DNA from: Verrucomicrobiota bacterium
Lineage (GTDB): Bacteria > Verrucomicrobiota > Verrucomicrobiia > Opitutales > Cerasicoccaceae
Reading direction: 5' to 3'
Assembly: GCA_039818205.1 (NCBI GenBank)
Contig: JBCBUK010000008.1
Span: 32,001-96,000 of the forward strand
Length of the DNA stretch: 64,000 bases
The position numbers and the translations under genes were made by a program. Each line of letters opens with the position of its first letter. Positions within the stretch are counted from its first letter, which is position 1. The notes under the pieces were generated by a model. The model saw only the letters and a program-made list of their open reading frames with translations, was not told the origin of the DNA and searched no databases. This document shows positions 28,101 through 38,193 of the stretch, piece after piece.

Positions 28101-30810
28101 TGGAAATAACAACGGTAATTCGGTCATTATATCGGGAGCACGGGAGCACAACTTACGCAATATCGACGTGGAGATTCCTCATGGACAATTCAATGTCGTC
28201 ACGGGGGTATCGGGTTCTGGCAAATCAAGTTTGGCGTTCGACATCGTGTTTGCCGAGGGGCAACGGCGCTTCCTCGAGTCAATGTCTTCCTACGCTCGCC
28301 AATTCGTTGAGCAGTTACCGCGTCCGGATATCGATGATCTGCGCGGCATCCCACCGACGGTTGCCATTGAGCAGCGAGTCACACGTGGGACGCGTAAGTC
28401 AACGGTGGCTACCATCACGGAGGTTGCTCAATACTTGCGGCTACTTTATGCCAAGGTCGGTATCCAACACAGTCCGTCGACCGGAGAACCAGTTTCAGCG
28501 CAGCCGGCTGCCGCGTTGCGCAGGCGCCTGGAGACTGCGATAGACGAGCCCGTAGCCAAGAAGGCGAAGACGCTCTACCTTTGTGCGCCACTCATTCGAG
28601 CCCGCAAGGGCCACCATCAGCCGTTGGCCAACTGGGCCGCGGACCATGGTTATGAGTGGTTGCGGTGTGATGGCAAAATTGTGCCAGTGGCCAGTTTCCA
28701 GAAGCTGGATCGATACCGCGAGCATGATATCGAATTGCCCATTGACCTTGGTAAAGGCAAAGCACGCTTACAGAACGCAACGAGCCGCCTGGACGAAGCA
28801 CTTAAGCTCGGCAAAGGTAGCTGCTTCCTGATGGATCAGACGGGACAGGTTTTGGCATGGTTTTCCACTCGCCGGACAGATCCGATCACGGGCGAGGCCT
28901 TCCCGGATCTTGACCCGAAACACTTTTCATGGAATTCCCCCAAGGGCTGGTGTCCAACTTGTCGTGGGCATGGCATCATTCACGAATGGATGCTGGAGCA
29001 CGAAGACTATGAGGAGATACCGGACGATGCGGAAGGCGGTCAGGAGTGCAGCGACTGCGGCGGCGAGCGTCTCAACCCGATTAGCCGCTCGGTGCATCTG
29101 CCAATCAAGAAAGCGGTTGCACGAACGTGGTTGGGTGATCCGGATCGCAGCTCGATTACGCTCCCAGAACTGCTCGCGTTGCCCCCAGCCGGTGTGCTCG
29201 CCATCATAAATAACATGAAGCTTGATGCGCGCGGAAAGAAGATCGCTGATGAAATCATACCTGAGGTGGTTGAGCGCCTCCGCTTCATGGATCAAGTTGG
29301 TTTGAGTTATTTAACCCTCAATCGAGCAACGGTTACTCTTTCGGGTGGAGAGGCCCAGCGTATCCGTTTGGCAGCGCAGTTGGGCTCGAATTTGGCTGGT
29401 GTGCTTTACGTTCTCGACGAACCAAGTATTGGTCTGCATGCGCGCGACAACGACGAGCTGATTGGCTCACTGCATCAACTGCGGAACCAAGGCAACACCT
29501 TGCTTGTCGTTGAGCACGATGACGAAACCATGCGAGCCGCTGATCACATTATCGACCTTGGGCCTGGGGCTGGCGTCAATGGCGGACAGATCTTGGCCGA
29601 AGGCGATTACCCGACAATTACGCGGGCTGAGAAAAGCCTGACAGGCCAGCTCCTGAAAAACGGCATTCCGCATCCGCTGCGCGGCGAATATCGTCCCCTA
29701 CCCGCTGATTGGAGTCCACGGTCGCGGGCGAAAGATCCAACTTGGTTAGTCCTGCGAGAGCCTCAGTTACGAAACCTGAAAGGCGGGGAACTGCGGTTGC
29801 CACTCAAGCGTTTGATCATGGTTTCAGGCGTATCGGGTGCTGGCAAGAGCACCTTACTTAGGGACCTGTTGCACCCTGCGGTTGACCAGGCGATCAAGCT
29901 CGAACAGCGCAAGCTGACTCCGAAGGACCTCCCGAGTAGTTCACCGCTCGTCGGAAGGACCAAGGTGTTCAAGGAGCTCTATTCTGGAGATGCCTTTCGC
30001 AAGGTTATTGAAGTCGACCAAGCTCCCATCGGCAAAACTCCTCGCTCAACACCGGCAACCTACATTGGCGCTTTTGATATTATCCGGGATGTGTTCGCGT
30101 CGCTTCCCGAAGCGCGCATGCGTGGGCTGACGGCCGGTGCGTTTTCGTTCAATACTAAAGGTGGCCGCTGTGAGACTTGTAAGGGTGCGGGTCGGATAAA
30201 ACTCGAGATGGCGTTCCTTCCGAATAGTTATCAACCATGCGATGAGTGTCACGGTTCACGGTACGGACGCGAGCTTCTAGAACTTCGCTGGAATGAGAAA
30301 AACATCGCGGATGTCTTGCAAATGACCTTCGAAGAGGCTGCCGGATTTTTTGAGTTTCACTCGCGTCTAAGTGATTTGATGAAGCTCATGGTGGAAACTG
30401 GTCTGGGCTATCTCACCTTGGGGCAAAGTAGCCCGACGCTTTCAGGTGGCGAAGCACAGCGCTTAAAACTAGTCAGCGAACTGGCATTGGGGCTGCCGAG
30501 CTTCCGGGAAAAATCACGCAACATCCTTCGGCGAAATCTCTACATCCTGGAAGAGCCCACCATTGGGCTACACCTCAGTGATTGCCAGCGCCTCATTGAG
30601 CTGCTTCACCGCTTAGTCGATCAGGAACACACGGTGATTGTGATTGAGCACAATTTGGATCTGATCGCCGAGGCCGACTACGCCGTGGAGATCGGGCCAG
30701 TCGGCGGTGAGGACGGCGGCCAAATTCTTTACCAAGGGCCAGTGGATGGGCTAGCTAAAGCAAAGAAGTGCCCCACAGCACCGTATCTTAAAAAACTCCT
30801 CAAGATTTAG
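25183..30810 (+). CDS. uvrA: excinuclease ABC subunit A, tandem-duplicated (about 1875 aa)
   Basis: Two UvrA units: four Walker A motifs (GLSGAGKS, GVSGSGKS x2, GVSGAGKS), four LSGGE signatures and CxxC zinc fingers. Confidence 0.97.
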   Translation: MSHSDPQTIRLRGARQNNLKDIDLDLPLGKLIVVTGLSGAGKSSLVFDTIHAEGQRRYVETFSPYTRQFLEMLDRPKVDSIENIRPSIAIRQSNSVKTSRSTVGTMTELCDYFKIWFNHVCQLVDPATGEIIEDDNPQTIWRKALKSRKDEDVLVAFEVTRPGKLSWKQILDSLSGQGFTRIIVEGGLQRVSEIDTETLPDKASVFVVVDKVKMSSRSRTRFIDAATTALHYGQGKLRVFSVDGKQLLSSEPFSEGLHSPASGRVFAPSTPNLFSFNSPLGACPKCRGFGRVIEIDDRLVIPDASLSIKDGAIKAFTGSVYSQSLEDLKRAAKRFSIPVDVPWRELGESDREFVFEGEPDYVESEDEYPSGWYGIRRFFRWLENNTYKMHVRVFLSRFRAYTECPECHGSRLKPDALNWRWQGHTLPDLYRLPIGELHQLIAGSGKSKELEDKPAQLALENIKTRLSYLNQVGLEYLTLNRTSRTLSGGEAQRVNLTSCLGASLVDTLFILDEPSIGLHARDIDRLVNILRGLTDQGNTVVVVEHDESVMRAADWLIEVGPEPGNRGGNIVFSGPAHDIAAERESITGRYLTGDETIAIPRKRRLTTEDSVGWLTIEGASKHNLDGLDVRMPLSRLVCLTGVSGSGKSTLLNNVVYQGILSTRGKAVEEPATILALEGYEDIGEIVLVDQSAVSKTPRSNPALFADVWDPIRNLFASTDEAKQAGMTASHFSFNAGQGRCEHCQGLGYEKVEMQFLSDVYVPCPVCDAKRFKPEILAIQWSGKSVDEVLGMTVAEACGFFSKQRKIVGPLEALDSVGLGYLPLGQPLNTLSGGESQRLKLVKFLSGFDSAETEPALLLLDEPTTGLHRDDVKRLIGVLQRLVDIGHSLVVIEHQLDVILCADWLIEMGPGAGVKGGKVVFSGAPEAAAKRKTETAPYLKEAFHFAKQSTRKKRQAPALLPKLEAAEKVVPFRSGNNNGNSVIISGAREHNLRNIDVEIPHGQFNVVTGVSGSGKSSLAFDIVFAEGQRRFLESMSSYARQFVEQLPRPDIDDLRGIPPTVAIEQRVTRGTRKSTVATITEVAQYLRLLYAKVGIQHSPSTGEPVSAQPAAALRRRLETAIDEPVAKKAKTLYLCAPLIRARKGHHQPLANWAADHGYEWLRCDGKIVPVASFQKLDRYREHDIELPIDLGKGKARLQNATSRLDEALKLGKGSCFLMDQTGQVLAWFSTRRTDPITGEAFPDLDPKHFSWNSPKGWCPTCRGHGIIHEWMLEHEDYEEIPDDAEGGQECSDCGGERLNPISRSVHLPIKKAVARTWLGDPDRSSITLPELLALPPAGVLAIINNMKLDARGKKIADEIIPEVVERLRFMDQVGLSYLTLNRATVTLSGGEAQRIRLAAQLGSNLAGVLYVLDEPSIGLHARDNDELIGSLHQLRNQGNTLLVVEHDDETMRAADHIIDLGPGAGVNGGQILAEGDYPTITRAEKSLTGQLLKNGIPHPLRGEYRPLPADWSPRSRAKDPTWLVLREPQLRNLKGGELRLPLKRLIMVSGVSGAGKSTLLRDLLHPAVDQAIKLEQRKLTPKDLPSSSPLVGRTKVFKELYSGDAFRKVIEVDQAPIGKTPRSTPATYIGAFDIIRDVFASLPEARMRGLTAGAFSFNTKGGRCETCKGAGRIKLEMAFLPNSYQPCDECHGSRYGRELLELRWNEKNIADVLQMTFEEAAGFFEFHSRLSDLMKLMVETGLGYLTLGQSSPTLSGGEAQRLKLVSELALGLPSFREKSRNILRRNLYILEEPTIGLHLSDCQRLIELLHRLVDQEHTVIVIEHNLDLIAEADYAVEIGPVGGEDGGQILYQGPVDGLAKAKKCPTAPYLKKLLKI

Positions 30811-31448
30811 CGCATGACCAGGAAACCGCGCTGCTGAGCAAGCACTGTAGGCCCCTGCTTAAATTTGATCATAAAGTTTGAGCGGGCGGCCTCTTCGGTG
30901 GTCGGGGTAAACTGCAAGCGATACTCGTTTTCTTTTCCTTCAACGGGTAAAATATTGAACTCAAAGCCCTTCGGATATGGATGAGCAACTTCGAGAACAC
31001 CAGTGTCGAAGAGCGTTATTAGCATTTCCTTCGGGCTAAGCTCTTCTCCCTTCTTCCAGTTGAGAATCCGCGGGTTCATCTGCATTATGACCGGGATTTC
31101 AACGCTTAATCGCAGTTTGAAGACCTCCGGTTTTTCTTCATCGGTAATCACGGTTACGATTTTGCTCTGGTGTCCCGTTCGGCTACCAAATTCGAACGTG
31201 GCCGTGATCTCACCCGATTCCCCAGGCTGATAGGTCTTTTTATCCAGCTTTGGCGTGGTGCAACCGCAACTGGTTTTAATGCTTCGGATCGTCACGGGCT
31301 CCGAACCCTCGTTTGCAAACGGAAAAACGGCGACGTACTCTTTGTCAGTCGTTTCCGCTTGGTGGTCGACTCGTGTCGTTTCAAAAACGAGATTGGCGGA
31401 GGCGATCAGGGGAAAGAATAGTAAAGAAATGGCGAAGAGTTTAATCAT
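30807..31448 (-). CDS. DUF1573 domain (Ig-like) exported protein
   Basis: Signal peptide and FPFANEGSEPVTIRSIKTSCGCT...PGESGEI. Confidence 0.85.
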   Translation of the reverse strand: MIKLFAISLLFFPLIASANLVFETTRVDHQAETTDKEYVAVFPFANEGSEPVTIRSIKTSCGCTTPKLDKKTYQPGESGEITATFEFGSRTGHQSKIVTVITDEEKPEVFKLRLSVEIPVIMQMNPRILNWKKGEELSPKEMLITLFDTGVLEVAHPYPKGFEFNILPVEGKENEYRLQFTPTTEEAARSNFMIKFKQGPTVLAQQRGFLVMR

Positions 31449-31863
31449 GGGGATGGATCTTTTTTGTTAATGAAATGAAGTATATCACGACCAAGCCTGC
31501 AAGCAGGAATAGATTCCGAGTCAACGCATAAGGAATACTGGAACTTTCCTCTCCAAGACAGCCACAATCGATATTCAGTTCCCGGAACCAGGCCGATAAC
31601 AGTCCTGCTTGAAAAATGAGCAGGAGCAGGGTCAACAAGGAGAATCCACCGAACCGAAGTCGCGGAACAATCAGTGCGAGCCCCGCCACGATCTCCAGAT
31701 TCGGAATCACGAGTGCGACCGCCCACGCTGCCCAACCGTCGATCAACTGATAATGCAATACCGATTGGTAGAATTCCGGCACCTCCAAGACCTTTAGCGT
31801 TCCGGCCCACACGAAGAAGACGCCAATAATGGCACTGAAGATATGTCCAATCCAGGTTTTCAC
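31441..31863 (-). CDS. MauE/DoxX family redox-associated membrane protein
   Basis: Four TM helices, LEIVAGLAL, IDCGCLG, LTRN. Confidence 0.85.
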   Translation of the reverse strand: MKTWIGHIFSAIIGVFFVWAGTLKVLEVPEFYQSVLHYQLIDGWAAWAVALVIPNLEIVAGLALIVPRLRFGGFSLLTLLLLIFQAGLLSAWFRELNIDCGCLGEESSSIPYALTRNLFLLAGLVVIYFISLTKKIHPHD

Positions 31864-31865
31864 GA

Positions 31866-32285
31866 TTACTTTGAGTCCGATCCGCGCCAGGTGGAGATCC
31901 CTCCTTCTAACCAGAAGACTTGATCGTCGCCAAGCTCTTCTCGCAAGCGTTCGGCTACTTCCTTGCTAAGTGAGCAAGTCTCTCCGTCACAATAGGTTAC
32001 AATAGTCATTCCAGGCTCCCAGACTTCAATCAGTTCGAAAAATCCGGCATCCCAGTTATCGAGTGAGATGTTGATTGCAGACTCCAGATGCTCCTCCGCA
32101 AATGTATCCGCTCCACGCGCATCGACCCAAATAAAAGTGGGTAGCAGGCGAACCGCTTCACTGGTGATCGCATACGGATCGGATTCTGCGGTTTGCGGTT
32201 GCGGGCGTTCGTTCAGCGCGGCACCAACGGCGGCACCAAGCAGTGCGACCCCAAGGATCAGGGAGAATTGTTTCCACCAGGGCAT
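31866..32285 (-). CDS. membrane-anchored rhodanese-like domain protein
   Basis: N-terminal TM, WVDAR...HLESAINI, YCDGETC, LEGGISTW. Confidence 0.85.
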   Translation of the reverse strand: MPWWKQFSLILGVALLGAAVGAALNERPQPQTAESDPYAITSEAVRLLPTFIWVDARGADTFAEEHLESAINISLDNWDAGFFELIEVWEPGMTIVTYCDGETCSLSKEVAERLREELGDDQVFWLEGGISTWRGSDSK

Positions 32286-32391
32286 TATATTCAAATTTTC
32301 AAATTTCCAGCTTTGCGCAAGCGCGGATTCGTTTTAAAGATTAATCGCTTGCGCTTTAGCCCGTAACAAAACCAAGCTAAGCGGGATCAAC

Positions 32392-33126
32392 ATGTCAGCA
32401 CCGGAACCCATACGAGTCCAAAAGTTCTTATCCGAACAAGGCGTTTGTTCACGCCGTAAAGCCGAGACCCTCATTGAGGAAGGCGTAATCACCATCAACG
32501 GTTCGACCGCCAAACTCGGAGACAAAGTCGTGCCCGGTAAGGACGTGGTCAAGGTGGAGGGACAACGCGTCAACGCCAAGGCCCTGAAAAACTGGGTGCT
32601 CCTGATGAATAAGCCCAAGGGAGTCATTTGCAGCCACAGCGACCCTCACCACTCTAAGACGATATACGATCTGCTCCCGCCAGAATTAGCACGGGAAAAA
32701 CTCATTTGTTGTGGCCGGCTGGATAAAGATAGCGAGGGAATGCTTATTTTGACCAACGATGGCAACCTTGCACAGCGGATCACCCATCCATCTGGCGGCA
32801 TCGTAAAGCGCTATCGGATAAAGCTCAGCCGTCCATTTGAACAAAGCCTGATTCCCAAGATGCTTCGAGGCGTTCACCGGGACGGGGAATTCCTGCAAGC
32901 ATCACGGATTATTCCCGCAACGATGGGGCCCGAACAGGAAAAACGCCTGGAGGTCCACCTTGAACAAGGCCGGAAACGTGAAATTCGCCGCCTGTTCGAG
33001 GCATTTGGTTATTTCGTCGATAAGTTGGAACGCTTTCAGATGGGCGGCCTCATAATGAAGCGAATCCCAAGAAGTGGTGTTCGCGAGCTAACCAATCGCG
33101 AATTGGACTTTCTCTTTCAGAAATAG
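32392..33126 (+). CDS. rRNA pseudouridine synthase (RsuA/RluB family)
   Basis: S4 domain CSRRKAE, NKPKG, GRLDKDSEG, GRKREIRR. Confidence 0.92.
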   Translation: MSAPEPIRVQKFLSEQGVCSRRKAETLIEEGVITINGSTAKLGDKVVPGKDVVKVEGQRVNAKALKNWVLLMNKPKGVICSHSDPHHSKTIYDLLPPELAREKLICCGRLDKDSEGMLILTNDGNLAQRITHPSGGIVKRYRIKLSRPFEQSLIPKMLRGVHRDGEFLQASRIIPATMGPEQEKRLEVHLEQGRKREIRRLFEAFGYFVDKLERFQMGGLIMKRIPRSGVRELTNRELDFLFQK

Positions 33127-33143
33127 TTGTATAATACCGTATC

Positions 33144-33989
33144 ATGAAGTTCACCCGTTTCCTTACCTGGTTATTAGTGACCCTCTCCGTTGGCGCCCTG
33201 TCAGCCCAAGAAAAGGTAGTTTCGATTTACCTGGAGCCCGACGCCAATGGCACCGTTTACTTCCAGGAAACGATGACGAATATCAACGAGTTTGATCCGA
33301 AACCGGTCTTGGATGGATCAGGCGCGGGACAGGGATGGATGTTTGTTCACTACCCGGGGCGCTACGTGGGTTATGTGCAAGACTCTGACCTTGGGCCAAC
33401 CGGTTCGACGGTGCGCGACGGTGCCAAAGCCTATCTTCGCCCCTCGACGACTAGTCCGGTTTTGACCGTTATCCTGGATGGTGACGAGGCTGAGGTAGCC
33501 CGGCGCGAAGGTGCATGGGCAACTGTATATTTCCAAGGGAAAGCACCGGCCTACTTCCGCATTGATGATGACACTCCCGTTATTTTGGCCAGCACGGCTC
33601 CCGCCGCAACATTGGGAACTGCCGCCGAACCAGCCCCGGCTCCGGACAATGCGCCGATTCTGGAAGAGGTTGTTATGGAGGAGGCTGTCTTGCCAGTCAG
33701 TCCACCCTCGACGGGCACTCGCCCCCCCAGCCAAACCGTTGCTCGCTATGTCCAGGGAATCGTCAAGCCAGTGACCGCATGGGACCGTCTTTGGGGCTCT
33801 GATTACGAGTATCGCCTGGTCGACTCCGAGGGCGACACACTCGCCTATCTGGTTATGGATAACACGATCCTATTTGGCCCGGTCGAAACCTATTGGGGAA
33901 AGCGGGTCGAAGTCACCGGAACGGTCCGACGGATCTCGGGATCGGTTCCCTTTGAAATCCAGGCCGGCAACATCCGGATCTTACGCTAA
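33144..33989 (+). CDS. exported SH3-like domain protein
   Basis: Signal peptide, SH3b-like [11 protein letters not shown]...GAWATV, a Pro/Ala linker and a beta-rich C-terminus. Confidence 0.55.
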   Translation: MKFTRFLTWLLVTLSVGALSAQEKVVSIYLEPDANGTVYFQETMTNINEFDPKPVLDGSGAGQGWMFVHYPGRYVGYVQDSDLGPTGSTVRDGAKAYLRPSTTSPVLTVILDGDEAEVARREGAWATVYFQGKAPAYFRIDDDTPVILASTAPAATLGTAAEPAPAPDNAPILEEVVMEEAVLPVSPPSTGTRPPSQTVARYVQGIVKPVTAWDRLWGSDYEYRLVDSEGDTLAYLVMDNTILFGPVETYWGKRVEVTGTVRRISGSVPFEIQAGNIRILR

Positions 33990-34032
33990 CTTTTGCTTTG
34001 CCTTTCGGCAAAGTCGCAATGCAATCGGCGTC

Positions 34033-34917
34033 ATGGAGTTGATTGACGGTAACGCAATATCCCGAGAAATCCTTGATGAGCTAAAGGCTGAATTGGCTGA
34101 GCTTAATGGTCCGAAGCCAGGCGTCGCGTTTGTGCGCGTTGGCGAAGATCCTGCCTCGGTCTTTTATGTGAACAAGAAGCAGAAAGTGGCCGCTGAGATC
34201 GGCGTCGAGAGCACCCTGCACGTTCAACCGGAGAGCATTTCCGAGACGGAACTTTTAAAAGTCATCGACGAGCTCAACGCGGATCCGGCAGTTCACGGCA
34301 TCCTGGTCCAGGCCCCCTTGCCAAATCACATCAACGAACGAGTCATTTTCAACCGGGTCTCCGCCGATAAGGATGTTGACGGCTTCAATGTCGTGAATAT
34401 CGGCAAGCTTTGCCAGGAAGACCCCAGCGCGTTTGTAGCCTGCACGCCAGCGGGAGTCGTTGAACTCCTCAAGCGTTCTGGTGTGCAAACGAGCGGCAAG
34501 CGCGTGGCCGTGGTTGGCCGGAGTTTGATCGTTGGAAAGCCGGCCGCTTTGCTGCTGATGATGAAGGCAGAGTTTGGCAATGCAACGGTCACCGTCTGTC
34601 ACTCGCGCACCGACATTTTGCCCGAGGTAGTCGGTCAGGCCGATATCGTGATTGCCGCGATGGGACGAGCAGAATTTATCACCGCTGACATGATTAAGGA
34701 CGGTGCCGTCGTGATCGATGTCGGTATCAATCGGGTGGACGATGCGAGCAAGAAGCGCGGCTATCGGATCGTTGGCGATGTCGAATTTGATGCGGTTGCC
34801 GCAAAATGCTCCAAAATTACACCGGTCCCCGGCGGCGTTGGGCCGATGACGGTTGCGATGCTGATGAAGAATACGGTTGCTGCCTACCGCCGAAGCCAAG
34901 GGGTGGGCACTGAATAA
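34033..34917 (+). CDS. folD: methylenetetrahydrofolate dehydrogenase/cyclohydrolase
   Basis: [49 protein letters not shown]. Confidence 0.97.
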   Translation: MELIDGNAISREILDELKAELAELNGPKPGVAFVRVGEDPASVFYVNKKQKVAAEIGVESTLHVQPESISETELLKVIDELNADPAVHGILVQAPLPNHINERVIFNRVSADKDVDGFNVVNIGKLCQEDPSAFVACTPAGVVELLKRSGVQTSGKRVAVVGRSLIVGKPAALLLMMKAEFGNATVTVCHSRTDILPEVVGQADIVIAAMGRAEFITADMIKDGAVVIDVGINRVDDASKKRGYRIVGDVEFDAVAAKCSKITPVPGGVGPMTVAMLMKNTVAAYRRSQGVGTE

Positions 34918-35555
34918 TGTCGGATCCGACAAAGCCACCCCCCTTGCCCACACAATTGCCGGTTATTGCGGTTGCCACGCGTGGTCACCGGATCGTCGCC
35001 GCTTTATTGGACGTTACCGTGGTCCTGCTATTTTCGGGTATGCTGCTTACTCGGGTCCTTTGGCCGCAATATTACCCCGAGGTTTATGGGGCATTTCAGG
35101 AGGCTTATCCCTCAGTTGAGGGGTGGTTCGAAGAGCTCGAAACGACCGCGAGGGCGGCTCAAGAATCTGGTGAACCCGTGACCTTCCCACTCCCAACCGG
35201 CGTTTCCCAACGAGAGGCACAAGAATTTTTTAGCTATGCCGTCGTCATAACGAGTTTTCTGGTTTGGCTCTATTTTTTCGTGAGCGAGCTGATTTTAAAA
35301 GGCAGCTCATTGGGCAAATCCGTGTTTGGAATGCGGGTAATGAGCTTGAGAACCGGAATGCCCCCGTCTGCATTCGAAATAAGCCTCCGCGGAACGGTAA
35401 AAGCCTTCTGTTTCCTTCAGCCCATACTGATATTGGTCAACACCGCGATCCTCCTATTCAACAAGGATCGGCGGAGTGGGCATGACTTAGTTTCGCGGAC
35501 GATTGTTGTCTCGGGTCAGATGATTGTTGCGGACCCTAAACCGGTCGACGATTGA
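34917..35555 (+). CDS. RDD family membrane protein
   Basis: HRIVAALLD, SLGKSVFGMRV, RSGHDLVSRT. Confidence 0.85.
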   Translation: MSDPTKPPPLPTQLPVIAVATRGHRIVAALLDVTVVLLFSGMLLTRVLWPQYYPEVYGAFQEAYPSVEGWFEELETTARAAQESGEPVTFPLPTGVSQREAQEFFSYAVVITSFLVWLYFFVSELILKGSSLGKSVFGMRVMSLRTGMPPSAFEISLRGTVKAFCFLQPILILVNTAILLFNKDRRSGHDLVSRTIVVSGQMIVADPKPVDD

Positions 35556-35682
35556 TCCGTTAGAATAAGAATTGATAATCTCATTTTTCTTGCGACTACA
35601 GCCACTTGAGAGTAGCTGTATTAGCTTGAGGAAGCCTGTATTTACATGGCTGTCATTAAATTACGATTGAATTCCACCCCCA

Positions 35683-36894
35683 GTGCATCCAAGCGATAAA
35701 AAACAACTAATCCTGGTTGTCGACGACCAGCCAATAAACATCAAACTGCTGCAAAGAAAGCTAGAGCGTGAAGGGTTTGATGTTCTCACTGCGTACAATG
35801 GCCAGGAATGTCTGGATATCGTCGAGAAAACCCCTCCAGATTTGATTCTATTGGATGTTATGATGCCCGAGATGGACGGCATCGAAACCTGTGAACGGCT
35901 CAAGGAAAATGAGGAAACCGAGACGATACCGGTTATTTTCATCACGGCAAAATCCTCCAAAGAAGGTAAACTTGAAGGCCTGGGCGTCGGTGCGGTTGAC
36001 TACATCACCAAGCCGATCGATTTGGAAGAAACGTTGGCTCGGGTAAAGACTCAGCTGCGTATCCAGGAAATTTACCGCGAAAACATCGAACTTCAGGCGC
36101 AAATGGGCGAAATTCGCCGCAGCGCTGCCGTTGGCGCGATCACCCAGGGTATCGCTCACAACCTCAACAATTTGTTGGGTGTTGTCGTTGGCTACTTGGA
36201 TCTATTGCGCAACGGATATGACAGTCCGGATATGGTTCAACGGAGCGTCACGTTGATGGACCAAGCGATCCAGCGAATGGTTGGAATCATTCGACACCTC
36301 AGTTCGATCGCAACCAGCGAAAAGCTTCAACTGTCGTCCCTCAAACCAGGCCAACTGATCCTGGACTCAATTTCGCAGTTCAACGAAGAATATGGCGTCG
36401 GGAAGAATATCGAGGTCAATAATCGTATACCGGACTCCCTTAGAGTTGAGTCAAATGCTGAGGTATTTGGTAGCACGTTAGTGAAAGTTCTCCTCAACGC
36501 GTGGGAATGCTATCCGAAGTCCTTGGGACAAGATCAGCGCACAATTTTCTTGGATGCGGGTTTGAGCGATGACGGTACAAATCTGATCGTCAAAGTGGTC
36601 GACCACGGCCCAGGTATTTCTGACGAAGTTCGTGATCACGTTTTCGATCCCTTCATCACGACAAAGACCTCCGTGGGGCGTGGACTCGGTTTAACCATGG
36701 CTCGCCATGCAATGAGGAATTTGAAGGGTGACTTGACGCTAGAAGACGGACCGGAGAACGGTTGTATCGCAACCATGATTCATCCGATAAAGCAGCCAAC
36801 GGAGCCTTTGGACAGCACGGATCCGTTGACTAAGCAAATCATCGCAGGTAATAACGTCACCGACTTCAAGGAATTTGCCGACGGAGTCCGTTAG
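35683..36894 (+). CDS. hybrid response regulator/histidine kinase (REC-HisKA-HATPase)
   Basis: ILVVDD, LLDVMMP, ITKP, H-box IAHNLNN, DHGPG, PFITTK, GRGLGL. Confidence 0.9.
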   Translation: MHPSDKKQLILVVDDQPINIKLLQRKLEREGFDVLTAYNGQECLDIVEKTPPDLILLDVMMPEMDGIETCERLKENEETETIPVIFITAKSSKEGKLEGLGVGAVDYITKPIDLEETLARVKTQLRIQEIYRENIELQAQMGEIRRSAAVGAITQGIAHNLNNLLGVVVGYLDLLRNGYDSPDMVQRSVTLMDQAIQRMVGIIRHLSSIATSEKLQLSSLKPGQLILDSISQFNEEYGVGKNIEVNNRIPDSLRVESNAEVFGSTLVKVLLNAWECYPKSLGQDQRTIFLDAGLSDDGTNLIVKVVDHGPGISDEVRDHVFDPFITTKTSVGRGLGLTMARHAMRNLKGDLTLEDGPENGCIATMIHPIKQPTEPLDSTDPLTKQIIAGNNVTDFKEFADGVR

Positions 36895-36896
36895 TA

Positions 36897-37700
36897 ATGA
36901 TCAAGGTCGCATTTATTGGCGCAGGGCGTATGGCCTCTGCGATGGTTAAAGGTTTGTTGAAGACCGGACGCTTCAACGCTAAAGAAATCGGTTGCATTTG
37001 CGGCAGTGATCCCACGGGTCCCGAGCTCTCGAAAATAACAGGAATCGTCTACGAGCCCGATCTTGATAAATTGTTAGCTCACGCGGATATCACCGTTTTG
37101 GCCTGCAAACCTCAGCAGTTTTCATCGCTTGATTCTGAGGTCGCTGAACTCACGCAAGGCCAGCTAATCGTTTCCATTTTGGCGGGCACCCCGCTATCTC
37201 GCATTGAGACAAAGTTTTCGAATGCCCGGAATCACGTGCGATCGATGCCGAATACCCCGGGTCAGATTGGGGCAGGCATTAGCGCATACGCCAGTGGGAA
37301 ACCCTTGTCGGCTTCCGATGAGGACGCCGTAAAGCTTATCTTGGGCGCTCTCGGCGAGGTCGTAGCGACGCCGGAAGATCAGCTTGACGCCGTAACGGCA
37401 GTAAGTGGAAGCGGGCCTGCCTATGTGTTCGAATTTACCGCGGCACTGGCCGAGGCAGGTGTTGCGGCAGGACTTTCAAAAGAGATAGCGTTAAAGTTGG
37501 CCCGGCAAACGGTAACCGGCGCTGGTTTGCTCCTGCGTGCATCAGAGGAAACACCGGAAGAATTGCGCCGGCAAGTGACTTCCCCGGGCGGCACAACTCA
37601 AGCCGCCTTGGAGCAGTTTACCGAAGACAAGTTACGTGACATCGTGCGTCATGCAGTAATTGCGGCTAAACAACGATCGATTGATCTAGCTCAGGAGTAA
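36897..37700 (+). CDS. proC: pyrroline-5-carboxylate reductase
   Basis: FIGAGRMA, CKPQ, RSMPNTP, SGSGPAY, VTSPGGTT. Confidence 0.96.
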   Translation: MIKVAFIGAGRMASAMVKGLLKTGRFNAKEIGCICGSDPTGPELSKITGIVYEPDLDKLLAHADITVLACKPQQFSSLDSEVAELTQGQLIVSILAGTPLSRIETKFSNARNHVRSMPNTPGQIGAGISAYASGKPLSASDEDAVKLILGALGEVVATPEDQLDAVTAVSGSGPAYVFEFTAALAEAGVAAGLSKEIALKLARQTVTGAGLLLRASEETPEELRRQVTSPGGTTQAALEQFTEDKLRDIVRHAVIAAKQRSIDLAQE

Positions 37701-37713
37701 TCAAACTAGTCCT

Positions 37714-38193
37714 ATGGCGACTGCTTACATTGGTCTCGGAAGCAATATAGGTGACCGGCGTTTGCATTTAGAAACTGCTATCGAAAAGATAAGGCGCCTC
37801 GAGGCGGTTGAGGCGGTTCGATGTTCGTCTTTCTATGAGACCGCGCCAGTCGGCCCCGTCCCCCAAGGGGACTTCCTAAACGCGGTCGCAGAAGTGCAAA
37901 CAACTTTCGAGCCGGTGGATTTCCTCAGCGCGCTTCAAATAATTGAAAATGAAGCATCGCGAAAACGAGAAGTGCACTGGGGACCCCGTTCGCTCGATCT
38001 AGATCTTCTCGCCGTGGATGGTCAGGAATTACAGACCCAAAGTCTCACTCTCCCCCATCCCGAAGCAAAGAAACGGGCGTTTGTGCTAGTCCCATGGGCC
38101 GAGTTAGCTCCAGATTTCTGCTTTGATAAACGGCCGGTTGTTGAGTGGCTTCAACAAGTTGGCACCGACGGGGTCAGGAAGTTTGACTGTTAG
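37714..38193 (+). CDS. folK: 2-amino-4-hydroxy-6-hydroxymethyldihydropteridine diphosphokinase
   Basis: YIGLGSNIG, FLNAV, WGPRSLDLDLL, LPHP, RAFVLVP. Confidence 0.95.
   Translation: MATAYIGLGSNIGDRRLHLETAIEKIRRLEAVEAVRCSSFYETAPVGPVPQGDFLNAVAEVQTTFEPVDFLSALQIIENEASRKREVHWGPRSLDLDLLAVDGQELQTQSLTLPHPEAKKRAFVLVPWAELAPDFCFDKRPVVEWLQQVGTDGVRKFDC

Noticed and set aside
34255..34953. 232-aa antisense ORF over folD and similar shadow ORFs (for example 3661..4209, 19182..19715, 63161..63694)
   Set aside because: They lie antisense to well-supported genes and have no recognisable motifs; expected by-products of codon bias.
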